64,000 nucleotides of DNA from an uncultured delta proteobacterium (GTDB taxonomy: Bacteria; Myxococcota; Myxococcia; Myxococcales; Anaeromyxobacteraceae): assembly GCA_963828255.1 (NCBI GenBank), contig CAWHDZ010000008.1, positions 1-64,000 on the forward strand, read 5' to 3'. The notes under the pieces are model-generated. The model saw only the letters and a program-made list of their open reading frames with translations, was not told the DNA's origin and did no database searches. Position numbers and translations under genes: made by a program. Shown here in pieces: positions 1 through 12,963 of this stretch; position 1 is the first letter of the stretch, and each line of letters opens with the position of its first letter.

Positions 1-507
1 CCGCTCACCGAGGACCTTCGCCGGATGCACATCACGGTGTCCCGCCGTTTCCTCGCCAAGCTCGACGCCGCTCGAGATGCCCTCTCACATTCGCATCCAT
101 GCGCGACGAACGAGGTCATCCTCGAGGCCGGCCTCGACCTCCTCCTCGCCCGTCACCGCGAGCGGCGTGGCATCGGGGCGAAGCCAGCGCGGGCAGCCCG
201 GACCGCGGCGCCCGGACGCATCCGCGCAGAGGTGAAGCGGGAGGTCTGGGAGCGGGACGGGGGGAGGTGCCGGTGGCCGCTCGAGGGCGGGGGCATCTGC
301 GGGTCGACCTTGAGGCTGGAGTTCGACCACGTCGTGCCGAGGGGTCGCGGCGGTTCCTCGGAGGTCGAGAACTTGAGATTGCTTTGCCGGTTTCACAACC
401 AGTTCACGGCACGGGCCACCTACGGCGAGGACCTCATGGACCGGTTCGCCCGCGAGGTCCCCCGCGTCTCGGAACCGGTCGCCGCCTGGTGGGTCGCCGC
501 CGCCTGA
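1..507 (+). CDS. HNH endonuclease domain protein (5'-partial; frame open from window start)
   Basis: C-terminal RCRW...CGS..RLEFDHVVP..RGG....NLRLLCRFHN HNH signature; frame 1 is open from base 1. Confidence 0.85.
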   Translation, partial: PLTEDLRRMHITVSRRFLAKLDAARDALSHSHPCATNEVILEAGLDLLLARHRERRGIGAKPARAARTAAPGRIRAEVKREVWERDGGRCRWPLEGGGICGSTLRLEFDHVVPRGRGGSSEVENLRLLCRFHNQFTARATYGEDLMDRFAREVPRVSEPVAAWWVAAA

Positions 508-516
508 AAGGAGGGA

Positions 517-2808
517 TCACCGCCGCCGCAGGAACTTCGCGATCACCCGCTTCTCGCCGATGCCCGGGAAGGCCACGGTCACCTTGGCGTCCGGCCCCAC
601 GCCGTCGCAGGCGCGCACCAGCCCCTCGCCCAGGCTGGGGTGCGTCACCACGTCACCCCGGGTGAATGGCGCGCGGCCGGTCTCCGGGCGCTGGTCGAAG
701 GAGTAGTCCACGCTGGGCCCGTCCAACTCGATGACCGGATCGCCAGGCATTGCGCCGGGGTGGCGGCGGACCACGGGAGCGGTGGGAGCGGGGCGGGGCG
801 GCGGCCGGGAGGGCAGGCCGAAGAGCTCGGGCGGCAGGTCGCCCAGGAAGCGGGAGGGCTCGCGGTCCCGCCAGCTCGGCCCGGCGTCGCCGTAGGCCAT
901 GCGGCGGCGGGCCAGGGAGAGGACCAGGCGCGACTTGGCGCGGGTCATGCCGACGTAGCAGAGGCGCCGCTCCTCGTCGAGCTCGGCCGAGCGTTCGCCG
1001 TCCTCGGCGTCGCGACGCCAGGGGCGCTCGTAGGGCAGCATCCCCTCCTCCATCCCGCAGAGGAAGACCGCCTCGAACTCGAGCCCCTTGGCGGCGTGGA
1101 GGGTCATGAGGGCCACCCTCCCCTCCGGCGTCGGGCCGTCGGCGTCGCCGATGAGGGCGATCTGCTCGAGGAAGCGGGCCAGCGGCGGGGGAAGCGTCTC
1201 CTCCGGGTCGCGGGGAGGGCGCTCGACGGCCAGCGCCTCGTCGAACTCCCGGGCGGCGGCCACCAGCTCGAGCAGGTTCTCGGCCTTGTCGGCGGCCTCG
1301 TCGGTCCCCTCGGCGCGCAACCGCTCCATCAATCCACTGCGGGTGACGGCCTCCTGCACCGCCACGCCGGCCTCGAGGGCGGGCACGTCGCGGTGGAGCC
1401 CGGCCACCACCTCGTGGAACTCCCCCAGGTTGCGGCGCGCCGCCGTCTTGAGATCGCCCACCTCGTCGCGCCGCCCCACCGCGTCGAAGAGGGTGAGGCC
1501 GCTCGCCGCGGCGAAGGCCTGCAGCCGCTCCATGGTCTTCTCGCCGATGCCGCGGGCCGGGCGGTTCACCACCCGCAGCAGGTCCAGGTCCGAGGCGGGG
1601 TTGAGCGCGAGCCGCAGCCAGGCCGCCGCGTCGCGCACCTCGGCGCGCTCGTAGAAGCTCGTGCCCCGGACGATGACGTAGGGCACCCGCGCCGCCCGCA
1701 GCGCCGCCTCCACCGGGCGCGACTGCGCGTTCACCCGGTAGAGCACGGCGATCTCGTCGCCGCGCGTGCCCCGGTGGCGCTCCGACTCCACCGCCGCGGC
1801 GATGCGCTGCGCCTCCTCGTGCTCGTCCTGGGCGACGAGCAGGGAGAGCGGCGCCCCGGCCTCGCGGGTGGTCCAGAGCTTCTTCTCGCGACGCCGGCTG
1901 GCCCGGGAGATGACCGCGTGGGCCGCCGCGAGCACGTTCGCCGTGGAGCGGTAGTTCTGCTCCAGCTTCACCACCCGTGTACCAGGGAAGTCCTGGTCGA
2001 AGTCGAGGATGTTGCCCACGTCGGCGCCGCGCCAGCGGTAGATGGCCTGGTCGTCGTCGCCCACCACGCAGACGTTCCTCCGCTCCCCGCAGAGCAGCCG
2101 GAGGAGCCGGTACTGGGCGGGGTTGGTGTCCTGGAACTCGTCCACGAGCACGTGGCGGAAGCGGGTGGCCCAGCGCGCCGCAAGCTCGGCGTCCGCCTCG
2201 AGCAGCTGGGCGGGGCGCAGCAGCAGATCCCCGAAGTCCACCGCCCCGGCGCGGGCCAGCGCCTTCTCGTAGCGGCGCCAGACCTCCAGGCTCCGCTCCG
2301 TCTCCACGTCGTGGTCCTCGTAGCGCACCGAGGAGGGGGAGTGGCCCAGGTTCTTCCAGCGGTCGATCCGGGAGAGCACGTCGCGCGGCCCGAAGCGGCC
2401 GTCGTCGGAGATGCCCATGTCGGAGAGGATCCGCTTCACCAGCCGCTTCTGGTCGTCGTCGTCGTAGATCGCGAAGGACGGGGGCAGCCCGGCCCGCGCC
2501 GCCTCCCGCCGCAGGAACCTGGCCCCGAAGGCGTGGAAGGTCTGGACCCAGGCGTCGGCCCCCTCGAGGCCGAGCAGGTCGGCGAGCCGCTCCCGCATCT
2601 CCCCGGCCGCCTTGTTGGTGAAGGTGACGGCCAGCACGTGCCAGGGCGCCACGCCCCGGACGCGGATCAGGTGGGCGATGCGGTGGACGATGACCCGGGT
2701 CTTGCCGGAGCCGGCGCCGGCCAGCACGAGGACCGGCCCGTCCCCGTGCAGCACGGCCTCGCGCTGGGCGTCGTTCAAGGGGTCGAGGATGGGGTCCGGG
2801 ATGCCCAC
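517..2808 (-). CDS. pcrA: ATP-dependent DNA helicase UvrD/PcrA
   Basis: LNDAQ Q-motif, AGAGSGKT Walker A, DEFQD, VGDDDQ, LEQNYRST, TLHAAKGLEF, EERRLCYVGMTRA; GTG start at 2808 inferred (the longer ORF overlaps rnj). Confidence 0.93.
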   Translation of the reverse strand: MGIPDPILDPLNDAQREAVLHGDGPVLVLAGAGSGKTRVIVHRIAHLIRVRGVAPWHVLAVTFTNKAAGEMRERLADLLGLEGADAWVQTFHAFGARFLRREAARAGLPPSFAIYDDDDQKRLVKRILSDMGISDDGRFGPRDVLSRIDRWKNLGHSPSSVRYEDHDVETERSLEVWRRYEKALARAGAVDFGDLLLRPAQLLEADAELAARWATRFRHVLVDEFQDTNPAQYRLLRLLCGERRNVCVVGDDDQAIYRWRGADVGNILDFDQDFPGTRVVKLEQNYRSTANVLAAAHAVISRASRRREKKLWTTREAGAPLSLLVAQDEHEEAQRIAAAVESERHRGTRGDEIAVLYRVNAQSRPVEAALRAARVPYVIVRGTSFYERAEVRDAAAWLRLALNPASDLDLLRVVNRPARGIGEKTMERLQAFAAASGLTLFDAVGRRDEVGDLKTAARRNLGEFHEVVAGLHRDVPALEAGVAVQEAVTRSGLMERLRAEGTDEAADKAENLLELVAAAREFDEALAVERPPRDPEETLPPPLARFLEQIALIGDADGPTPEGRVALMTLHAAKGLEFEAVFLCGMEEGMLPYERPWRRDAEDGERSAELDEERRLCYVGMTRAKSRLVLSLARRRMAYGDAGPSWRDREPSRFLGDLPPELFGLPSRPPPRPAPTAPVVRRHPGAMPGDPVIELDGPSVDYSFDQRPETGRAPFTRGDVVTHPSLGEGLVRACDGVGPDAKVTVAFPGIGEKRVIAKFLRRR

Positions 2809-2847
2809 GGTGGCGCACCTTACCTCAAGGCCGGGTAGATTGAGCCC

Positions 2848-4500
2848 ATGCCCTCCCCGGTCCGCATCGCCGCGCTCGGAGGCCTCGGCGAGATCGGCAT
2901 GAACTGCCTGGCGATCGAGTCGGAGGAGCGCATCGCGGTGGTGGATTGCGGGCTGCTCTTCCCGGCCGAGCCCTTCGGCGTCGAGGCCGTCTCCCCCGAC
3001 CTCACCTGGCTCAGGGAGCGGCGCGACCGGGTGGGCGCGGTGCTGCTCACCCACGGCCACGAGGATCACCTGGGGGCCTTGCCCCTCCTGCTCCGCGACG
3101 TGCCGGTCCCGGTCTACGGGCCCAGGCTCGCGCTCGCGCTGCTCCGGCCGCGGCTCGAGGAGGCCGGCGTCCGGGCCGACCTGCGCGAGGTCCGCGACGG
3201 CGAGGTGGTCCGCCCCGGCGACGGCTCCCCCTTCACCGTCGAGTTCGTCCCGGTGGCCCACTCCATCCCCGACGCCTGCGCGCTCTCCATCTCCACGCCG
3301 CAGGGCGTCGTCTACCACTCGGGCGACTTCAAGATCGACGAGGCGCCGCTCGACGGCCGGCGCACCGACCTGGCGCGCATCGAGGCCCTGGGGCGCGAGG
3401 GGGTGCGGCTGCTCCTCTCCGACTCCACCAACGCAGACCGTCCGGGGACCTCGCTGTCCGAATCGGAGGTGGGGCCGGCGATCCTCGGCGCCATGGACGG
3501 TGCTCCGGGCCGGATCTGGGTGGCCTGCTTCTCCTCCCACCTGCACCGCATCCAGCAGATCGCCGACGCCGGGCGCGCATACGGCCGCCGTCTCGTCCCG
3601 GTGGGCCGGTCGATGGAGGAGAGCGTCCGGCTCGGCCTGGAGCTCGGCTACCTCCGGCTCGCCCCGGGGCAACTGGCGTCGGCCGATGAAGCCCGGGATC
3701 TGAAGCCCCGAGAAGCATGCGTTGTCGTCACCGGTACCCAGGGGGAGCCGCGCAGCGCGCTCGGCCGCGCCGCCCGCGGGGAGCTCACCGGCCTTCCGGT
3801 CCGCCCCGGCGACCGGGTGCTCCTCTCCTCCCGCTTCATCCCGGGAAACGAGGTGGCCATCGGCCGGACCGTGGACGGGCTCGTGGCCCGGGGCGCCGAG
3901 GTGCTCTGGGAGGACTTCCGGGCGCTGCACGCCTCCGGACATGCGCAGGAGGAGGAGCAGCGGCGGCTCCTGCGGCTGTGCCGCCCCGGCCACTTCCTCC
4001 CCATCCACGGGGAGCTGCGCCACCTCTCCCGCCACGCCGGCCACGCCGCCGCCGAGGGGCTGGGGGCCGATCGTCGCCACGTCCTCGTGGACGGCGAGGT
4101 GCTCGAGCTCTCCGACGCGGGCGTGGTCCGCGTCCCCGAACGGCTCCCCTCCGGAAGGATGCACCTGGCCCGCGACGCCGGCTTCGCCGCCATCTCCGGG
4201 GACGTGGTACGAGATCGGCGGGGGCTCGCCGAGCTGGGGATCGTGCTCGTGGCGGTGGTGGTGGACCGGACGACCCGGGAGCCGGTCCGGCCTCCGGAGG
4301 TCCGGGGGCGCGGCGCGGCGGGGCTCGCTGGACGGGAGGCCGAGGTGGCCGGCGACGTGTCCCGGGCGCTCATCGACCTGCCGGCGGCGCAGCGGGACGT
4401 GGAGGCGCTGGAGCGGGAGGGTGCGCTCGCGGTGCGGCGCTGGTTCCGGCGCGAGGCCGGGAGGCGCCCGGCGGTGCAGGTGGTGGTGCTGGAGATCTGA
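2848..4500 (+). CDS. rnj: Ribonuclease J
   Basis: LGGLGEIGMN N-terminus, THGHEDH metallo-beta-lactamase motif, HSIPD, GDFK, DSTNA, GTQGEP, HASGH, PIHGE. Confidence 0.92.
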   Translation: MPSPVRIAALGGLGEIGMNCLAIESEERIAVVDCGLLFPAEPFGVEAVSPDLTWLRERRDRVGAVLLTHGHEDHLGALPLLLRDVPVPVYGPRLALALLRPRLEEAGVRADLREVRDGEVVRPGDGSPFTVEFVPVAHSIPDACALSISTPQGVVYHSGDFKIDEAPLDGRRTDLARIEALGREGVRLLLSDSTNADRPGTSLSESEVGPAILGAMDGAPGRIWVACFSSHLHRIQQIADAGRAYGRRLVPVGRSMEESVRLGLELGYLRLAPGQLASADEARDLKPREACVVVTGTQGEPRSALGRAARGELTGLPVRPGDRVLLSSRFIPGNEVAIGRTVDGLVARGAEVLWEDFRALHASGHAQEEEQRRLLRLCRPGHFLPIHGELRHLSRHAGHAAAEGLGADRRHVLVDGEVLELSDAGVVRVPERLPSGRMHLARDAGFAAISGDVVRDRRGLAELGIVLVAVVVDRTTREPVRPPEVRGRGAAGLAGREAEVAGDVSRALIDLPAAQRDVEALEREGALAVRRWFRREAGRRPAVQVVVLEI

Positions 4501-4532
4501 ACGCGGCGCGACGCGCCGGGGGGTGGAAGGCA

Positions 4533-5021
4533 ATGCCGAGCTTCGACGCGGTGAGCGACCTCGACATGATGGAGGTCGAGAACGCCTTCCTGCAGGCGAA
4601 GAAGGAGATCGCCCAGCGGTTCGACTTCAAGGGGACCTCCACCGAGCTGGAACGGCAGCAGGACGGCTCGATCCTCCTCAAGGCCAACAGCGACGGACGC
4701 ATCGACGCCGCCTACACCGTGCTCATGGAGAAGTTCGCCAAGCGCGGCGTCCCGCTCGAGGGGCTCGATCCCCAGAAGATCGAGCCGGCCGCCGGTGGCC
4801 ACGTGAAGCGGCTCGTCAAGCTCCGCCGCGGGCTCAAGCAGGAGGACGCCAAGAAGATCGTGGCGCTCGTGAAGGGCTCGGGGCTCAAGGTCCAGCCCGC
4901 CATCCAGGGCGAGGCCGTGCGGATCACCAGCAAGAAGCGGGACGACCTCCAGGAGGCCATGGCGCTCATCCGGGGCGGCAACCTGGGCATCCCCATCCAG
5001 TTCCAGAACTTCAGGGAATGA
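4533..5021 (+). CDS. yajQ: YajQ family cyclic-di-GMP/nucleotide-binding protein
   Basis: MPSFDAVS start, RFDFKG, IQGEAVRITSKKRDDLQ, QFQNFR end. Confidence 0.93.
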   Translation: MPSFDAVSDLDMMEVENAFLQAKKEIAQRFDFKGTSTELERQQDGSILLKANSDGRIDAAYTVLMEKFAKRGVPLEGLDPQKIEPAAGGHVKRLVKLRRGLKQEDAKKIVALVKGSGLKVQPAIQGEAVRITSKKRDDLQEAMALIRGGNLGIPIQFQNFRE

Positions 5022-5026
5022 GGAAT

Positions 5027-5887
5027 ATGCACGTGCGAAACCTTCTCGTCGTCGCCGTCGTCTCGCTTCTCGCCCTCACCGGCTGCAAGAACCCGGCGAC
5101 TCCCGCCGGATACGTCGGCTACCTCACCCGCGGCGCCGTCGTGGGGAAGGCGAGCTACGTCGGCATGCAGACCGGCCCCACCAGCTACGGCCTTTCCTGG
5201 CTGGTGAGCGTGATGAACGTCTCGATCACCCCCTTCAGCTACCAGGAGGCCTTCGCCGGCGAGAACGCCGTGCTCACCAAGGACAAGCTGATGGTCTCCC
5301 TGCAGGCCCACATCATCTTCCGGGTCCGCGGAGACAAGGTGAAGGACTTCATCGAGCAGTACACCACCATCGGGGAGGGACCGAACCAGGTCCAGGTGGC
5401 CTTCGCCAACTACCTGAAGGAGCCGCTCCGCACGCGCATTCGCGAGGCCGCCGCCCAGTACGACGCCTTCGCCCTCAACGAGAAGATCGGCCAGATCAGC
5501 GACGACCTGACCCGCTGGGCGCAGGAGAAGACCAAGGGCACGCCCTTCGAGGTCATGAACGTCGTGGTGGGAAATCTCCAGTACCCGGCCGTCGTCTCGC
5601 AGGCCGTGGCGAACAAGCTCGCGGTGGCCCAAGATCTAGAGACCCGCTCCACCCAGGTGGAGATCGCCCGCAAGGACGCCGAGCGGCGCGTGGTCGAGGC
5701 CGAGGGCATCGCCCGGGCCACCCAGATCATCCAGCAGCGGCTCACCCCGCTCTACGTGCAGCACGAGGCCATCGAGGCCCAGAAGGCCCTGGCCGGGAGC
5801 CCCAACCACTCGGTCATCTACATCCCGGTTGGCCCCATGGGCGTGCCCCTGGTGAGCACGCTCCCGGCGCCGGTCGAGAGGAAGTGA
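5027..5887 (+). CDS. SPFH/band-7 (prohibitin-like) domain lipoprotein
   Basis: Lipobox LALTGC; VLTKD motif; coiled-coil [19 protein letters not shown]-like site upstream (alternative ATG at 5018). Confidence 0.8.
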   Translation: MHVRNLLVVAVVSLLALTGCKNPATPAGYVGYLTRGAVVGKASYVGMQTGPTSYGLSWLVSVMNVSITPFSYQEAFAGENAVLTKDKLMVSLQAHIIFRVRGDKVKDFIEQYTTIGEGPNQVQVAFANYLKEPLRTRIREAAAQYDAFALNEKIGQISDDLTRWAQEKTKGTPFEVMNVVVGNLQYPAVVSQAVANKLAVAQDLETRSTQVEIARKDAERRVVEAEGIARATQIIQQRLTPLYVQHEAIEAQKALAGSPNHSVIYIPVGPMGVPLVSTLPAPVERK

Positions 5888-5939
5888 CCCGGGGCGCGTT
5901 GCGCGCCCCCACCCAGGCCGGTTAGATCGCCGCCGTCCC

Positions 5940-7373
5940 ATGGCGACGCCCGTCTACATGCACACGCTCGGCTGCCCGAAGAACCGGGTAGACAGCGAGA
6001 TCATGCTCGGCACCCTGACCCAGGCCGGCTACCGGCTGGTTCAGGACCCGGCCCGCGCCGACGTCATCGTCGTCAACACCTGCGGCTTCATCGAGAGCGC
6101 CAAGGAGGAGTCGGTCCAGGCCATCCTCGAGCTGTCGCGCCACAAGGAGGAGGGGCGCTGCAAGAAGCTCGTGGTGGCCGGCTGCCTCACCCAGCGCTAC
6201 CACGACGAGATGGCCCGGGAGATGCCCGAGGTGGACCACTTCGTGGGCACCGGCGCGTACGCCGAGATCGCGACCATCGTCTCCGACGCGCAGGCCAGGC
6301 GGGTCATCGTCCCCGACCCCGACTTCGTCCACTCCGCCTCCACACCGCGCGTGAACTCGCTGGCCCGCCACACCGCGTACCTCAAGATCGCCGAGGGCTG
6401 CGACAACGCCTGCGCCTTCTGCATCATCCCGGCGCTGCGCGGCCCGCAGCGCTCGCGCACCGTGGACGACGTGGTGGCCGAGGCCGAGGCGCTCGCCGCG
6501 CAGGGAGTGGTGGAGCTCTCGCTCGTCGCCCAGGACCTCACCGCCTATGGCCAGGACCTGCCCGGCCCGGGGAAGGTCCGGCTCCACCACCTCCTCCCGG
6601 AGCTCTGCAAGGTGGACGGGATCCGCTGGATCCGGCTCCACTACGCCTACCCCCGCGACTTCCCCGACGCGCTCGTCGAGGTCATCGCCCACGAGCCGAA
6701 GATCGCCAAGTACGTGGACATGCCGCTGCAGCACTCGTCCGACCGGCTGCTCCGCTCCATGAAGCGCGGCCGGGACGTGAAGTTCCTGCGGGCGCTGCTC
6801 GGGAAGCTGCGCGACCGCGTCCCCGGGATCGCCATGCGGACCGCGCTCATCGTCGGGCTCCCGGGCGAGACCGAGGAGGACTTCGAGGACCTGCTCGGCT
6901 TCGTGCGCGAGCAGCGCTTCGAGCGGCTGGGGGTCTTCACCTACTCGCAGGAGGAGGGCACGGCCGCCGCCGAGATGGGCGGGCAGCTGCCCGAGCGGGT
7001 GAAGAAGGCGCGGCAGCGCAAGGTGATGGCGCTGCAGCAGCGCATCTCGCGCGCGGAGCAGGAGGCCCTCGTCGGCCAGCGGCTCCTCGTGCTCGTGGAG
7101 GGCAAGGCCGAGGGCACCGACCACCTGCTCGTCGGGCGCCACGCCCGGCAGGCGCCGGAGATCGACGGGGTCACCTACATCAACGCGTTCGACCTGCCGG
7201 GCCAGAAGGTGGCCTACCCGGGCGAGTTCGTCACGGTCGAGATCACCGCGGCCGGCGACTACGACCTGGTCGGGAAGGTGGTCGCCCGCGAGCCGAGGCG
7301 CGCCGGTCGGCGCCTCCCCGCCGCGCCGGCGCCCGCGCCAGGGAAGCGCTCCCCGCTGCGCGTGATCCCGTGA
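5940..7373 (+). CDS. rimO: Ribosomal protein S12 methylthiotransferase
   Basis: [21 protein letters not shown], radical [17 protein letters not shown] in the TRAM region. Confidence 0.94.
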   Translation: MATPVYMHTLGCPKNRVDSEIMLGTLTQAGYRLVQDPARADVIVVNTCGFIESAKEESVQAILELSRHKEEGRCKKLVVAGCLTQRYHDEMAREMPEVDHFVGTGAYAEIATIVSDAQARRVIVPDPDFVHSASTPRVNSLARHTAYLKIAEGCDNACAFCIIPALRGPQRSRTVDDVVAEAEALAAQGVVELSLVAQDLTAYGQDLPGPGKVRLHHLLPELCKVDGIRWIRLHYAYPRDFPDALVEVIAHEPKIAKYVDMPLQHSSDRLLRSMKRGRDVKFLRALLGKLRDRVPGIAMRTALIVGLPGETEEDFEDLLGFVREQRFERLGVFTYSQEEGTAAAEMGGQLPERVKKARQRKVMALQQRISRAEQEALVGQRLLVLVEGKAEGTDHLLVGRHARQAPEIDGVTYINAFDLPGQKVAYPGEFVTVEITAAGDYDLVGKVVAREPRRAGRRLPAAPAPAPGKRSPLRVIP

Positions 7374-8026
7374 CCCTCGAGCACGTCGTCCGCCCCCCCG
7401 CAGTCGCCTCGGACCGCCCGCCCATGGCGGTCCTGCTGCACGGCCTGGGGGCCGACGAGCTGGACCTCTTCGGCCTCGCCCCCTACCTCGACCCGCGCCT
7501 CCTCGTCGTGTCGGCCCGCGCCCCGCACGAGGCCCAGCCGATGGGCTACTCCTGGTTCGACATCGACTGGAGCGAGGTCCCGCCGCTCATCGACTTCCAG
7601 CAGGTGGTGGAGAGCCGGGGGGCGATCCTGCGCTTCGTGGAGGAGGCGGCCGAGGCCTACGTCGCCGACCCGTCGCGGGTCTGGCTGGTCGGCTTCAGCC
7701 AGGGAGGCTCCATGGCGACGGCCTGCGCGCTCTCCCGTCCGGAGCTGCTCCGCGGCATCGTGTCCCACTCCGGGCGCATCACCCGGCGTGCGGTCCCGGC
7801 GCTCCCCGCCCCTGCCCTGGCGGGATTCCCGGTGCTCTGGCAGCACGGCCGGGCCGATCCGGTGGTGCCGATCGCCTTCGGCCACGAGGCGCGCACCCTG
7901 CTCGGCGGCCTGGGACTCCGGCTCGACTACCGCGAGTACCCGATCGGGCACGAGATCTCGGAGGAGAGCCTCCGGGACCTCTGCGGATGGTTGACCCGGC
8001 AGGTCGATCAGGCGCCGGGCGGCTGA
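7370..8026 (+). CDS. Phospholipase/carboxylesterase (alpha/beta hydrolase)
   Basis: LLHGLG, GFSQG nucleophile elbow, [16 protein letters not shown] overlap with rimO. Confidence 0.88.
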   Translation: MTLEHVVRPPAVASDRPPMAVLLHGLGADELDLFGLAPYLDPRLLVVSARAPHEAQPMGYSWFDIDWSEVPPLIDFQQVVESRGAILRFVEEAAEAYVADPSRVWLVGFSQGGSMATACALSRPELLRGIVSHSGRITRRAVPALPAPALAGFPVLWQHGRADPVVPIAFGHEARTLLGGLGLRLDYREYPIGHEISEESLRDLCGWLTRQVDQAPGG

Positions 8027-8073
8027 GTCCGCGTCCCCGCCGGGGCCGGGCCATCCTCGCCGCGGCGTGAACC

Positions 8074-10379
<2,306 letters not shown>

Positions 10380-10384
10380 CCCGG

Positions 10385-11431
10385 TCAGTGGTTCAGCATC
10401 GGCGCCATCCGGTAGGCGCGCCGGAAGGCCTCGAGCGGAACCTCGCTGGTCCAGAAGCCGGTGGCCACGGCCACCGCCCAGAACGCGAGCATGGTCCCCA
10501 CCCCGAGGGCGGGGAGCACCCAGGGGGAGATGCGCTTCGAGCGGCTCACCCCCAGGCACGACGGAACCGTGCCCGCCGCCACGCAGGAGAGGCAGCCGGT
10601 GCACTCGGGGGATCGGACCTGGGCCCTTTCGTGGACCGGGATCTCCACCGGGCAGGCCCGTGAGCAGGCGCCGCAGTCGTTGCAGGTGGCGGTGTCGCGC
10701 ACGATGCGGAGCGGCGAGGCGAAGCTGGCGAGGCCGAGCAGCGCCCCGTACGGACAGCCCCAGCGGCACCAGGCGTTTTTCACCACGAGTGACAAGAGGA
10801 CCAGGCCGCCGAGCACCCATGCCGAGGTGGCCGAGAGGTCGAGGAAGAAGTGCAGCATCTTCGCGTCGGCGGCAACGTTGTAGGGGGAGAGCTGGAACCC
10901 CTCCAGCGCGGCGGGCGGCATCTGCCAGAGGATGGCCCAGGCGAAGAGGGCCAGCAGCAAGTACTTCAGCGACATGAGCGCGAGGTCGAGCCAGCGCGGC
11001 ACGGCCGGCCAGCGGCGCCGCCAGAGGAGCTTCTCCCCCAGCCACTCCAGCCCCCGGGAGACGGTCCCGACCGGGCAGACCCAGCCGCAGAAGGCCTTGC
11101 GGGCCACGAGCGCGCCCACGATGGCGGCGGCGAGGATGGTGAGGCCGGCGGGGTGGACCGGGTCCCAGAAGCCGGTGAGGAGGAAGCGCTTCAGGCCGAC
11201 GAGCGCGCTGATGGGGAGGAAGGACTCGACCGAGGGCGGGCGCGTGGCCGTGACCGGGCCCGGGCCCACCGCCTGCTCATGGAAGCGCCAGAATTCGTAG
11301 CCGACGAGCAGGAGGAACCCGAGGTAGAGCCCCTGCACGCCCCAGCGGACGGCGGGGAGGGCGCGGTACGGGTTCCTCCACCGGGGGCGCTTCGCCGCCG
11401 GGGCGGCGCCGATGGCGACGAGATCGGACAT
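10385..11431 (-). CDS. Membrane 4Fe-4S binding protein (NapH/RdxA/YccM-like)
   Basis: FCGWVCPVG and WCRWGCPYG motifs, TM helices, CNDCGACSRACP ferredoxin motif. Confidence 0.85.
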   Translation of the reverse strand: MSDLVAIGAAPAAKRPRWRNPYRALPAVRWGVQGLYLGFLLLVGYEFWRFHEQAVGPGPVTATRPPSVESFLPISALVGLKRFLLTGFWDPVHPAGLTILAAAIVGALVARKAFCGWVCPVGTVSRGLEWLGEKLLWRRRWPAVPRWLDLALMSLKYLLLALFAWAILWQMPPAALEGFQLSPYNVAADAKMLHFFLDLSATSAWVLGGLVLLSLVVKNAWCRWGCPYGALLGLASFASPLRIVRDTATCNDCGACSRACPVEIPVHERAQVRSPECTGCLSCVAAGTVPSCLGVSRSKRISPWVLPALGVGTMLAFWAVAVATGFWTSEVPLEAFRRAYRMAPMLNH

Positions 11432-11493
11432 GCGGGCGGAGAGTACAACCACCGGCCGCCCGCCGTGCTTCCGGCGAAACGGATTCTTGCCGG

Positions 11494-12207
11494 TCAGTTG
11501 TAGGTGGCGCTCAGGGCCACCGCTCCGCCCATCGTGGTCCAGGTGACGCCAGCCGCGCCCGCGTCCGGGTTCGACCCGAGGAAGAACTGACCCGAGAAGC
11601 CGATCCCCCAGTGGCCGCCGATCCACCACTCCTTGCCCGCGGCGACCTTGAGGCCGAAGCCTTCCCGGGTCGAGGTGGAGACGTTGGCCTCGGTGGTGGA
11701 GAGGGTGGAGATGGACGGCGTGACCGAGAGGTACACGTTGACGGGCATGAGGTAGTAGGTGACCTGGAGCCCCATGCCGAAGAGGTCAACGCTCGCATCC
11801 TCGACGCGGACCGACTGGCCGGCGGAGCCGAAGGTCGGGGAGTAGGCCGCCGTCATCCACGCCTCCGCGGCCAGCGACAGGTTCTCCAGGACCGACCAGC
11901 CCGCGCTCAGGGCGAACGTCACCGAGGGCCCCTCGATGAATCCACGGGCGACGCCGCCCTCGACGGGCACCGTGGCCGAGGTGCTCATGAACCCGAACCC
12001 CAGCTCGGCGCGGAAGAGGAAGCCCAGGTGCCGCCCCAGGGTCGGATCGACCGGCGGTGCACACTCCTGCCCGGGCGGGATCTCCTCCTCCGGCAGGGGG
12101 GCGACCGGCTCCACCGGCCCCGGCGGAGCTTCGAGGTACTGGGCGCCGGCCGGGGTGCTCGCGAGCACCCCGGCCAGGGCGACGATCCAGGCGGCGCGGC
12201 GGCTCAT
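11494..12207 (-). CDS. Secreted, probable outer-membrane beta-barrel protein
   Basis: Signal peptide, alternating amphipathic strands (GKEWW..WGIG), C-terminal ATYN. Confidence 0.65.
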   Translation of the reverse strand: MSRRAAWIVALAGVLASTPAGAQYLEAPPGPVEPVAPLPEEEIPPGQECAPPVDPTLGRHLGFLFRAELGFGFMSTSATVPVEGGVARGFIEGPSVTFALSAGWSVLENLSLAAEAWMTAAYSPTFGSAGQSVRVEDASVDLFGMGLQVTYYLMPVNVYLSVTPSISTLSTTEANVSTSTREGFGLKVAAGKEWWIGGHWGIGFSGQFFLGSNPDAGAAGVTWTTMGGAVALSATYN

Positions 12208-12279
12208 GCCCGAGGATCCCGCGTTCGTGGGCCCGGGGATACGTCCCGGTGGGGTTCACTCCCCTGCCCCCGGAGGATC

Positions 12280-12915
12280 TCACTTCCCCGGCATGGCGAG
12301 GCGCCGCACCCCGTCCGGCAGCACGAGCTCGAAGCGCCCGTCGGGGATGCCGGTGTTCCTTCGGATCTCCTCGAAGGCGATGTCGTTCACGTTCCCCTGC
12401 CCGTCCACGACCCGCGTCCGGGTCACCTCGCCGTCCGGTCCGGCGGTGAGGGTCACGGTGTCCACGCGCGGATCGGGCTTCTGGGGGCGGAGCACCAGCG
12501 TGCCTCCGTCGCCGACGGAGAGCCGGAACTCCTTTTCCAGGCTCCCCTTCCCGATGAGGAAGGTCACCGCCGCGCTCATGGCGGTGGCGTCGAACTTCTC
12601 GTCCACGTAGGCCTGGTTGGCCTCGGGCTCCCACTGCACGAGGCGGGAGCCGTTCACGACGATGGTCTTCCCGGTGGGCGACTCGTAGTCCCATCGCATG
12701 CGCCCCGGCTTCTTCACCTGGAGCGTCCCCTTCGACACCTGGCGACGCCCCAGCGCCGCGTAGGTGTAGGTCTGGACGAAGCGGGCGCTCAGGTCGCGGG
12801 TGGACTCGTAGAAGCCCTGGACCCTGCGGGCCAGCGCCGTCGCATCGGGGGCCGAAGGCGCCCCGGTGGGGGCGGCGGCGAGGAGCAGGGCGAGCGAGGC
12901 GGCAAGAGGGAGCAT
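12280..12915 (-). CDS. lolA: Outer-membrane lipoprotein carrier LolA
   Basis: Signal peptide; SARFVQ, KKPGRMRWDY, IVVNG, C-terminal F..P.G. Confidence 0.88.
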   Translation of the reverse strand: MLPLAASLALLLAAAPTGAPSAPDATALARRVQGFYESTRDLSARFVQTYTYAALGRRQVSKGTLQVKKPGRMRWDYESPTGKTIVVNGSRLVQWEPEANQAYVDEKFDATAMSAAVTFLIGKGSLEKEFRLSVGDGGTLVLRPQKPDPRVDTVTLTAGPDGEVTRTRVVDGQGNVNDIAFEEIRRNTGIPDGRFELVLPDGVRRLAMPGK

Positions 12916-12963
12916 GGATGGTTTATACAGGAGGGGGCCCGCCGGCCGGGCACGGGAGAGACG

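Noticed and set aside
517..4533. 1338-aa extended helicase ORF
   Set aside because: The N-terminal ~575 aa is the antisense shadow of rnj; helicase motifs start at about 2808
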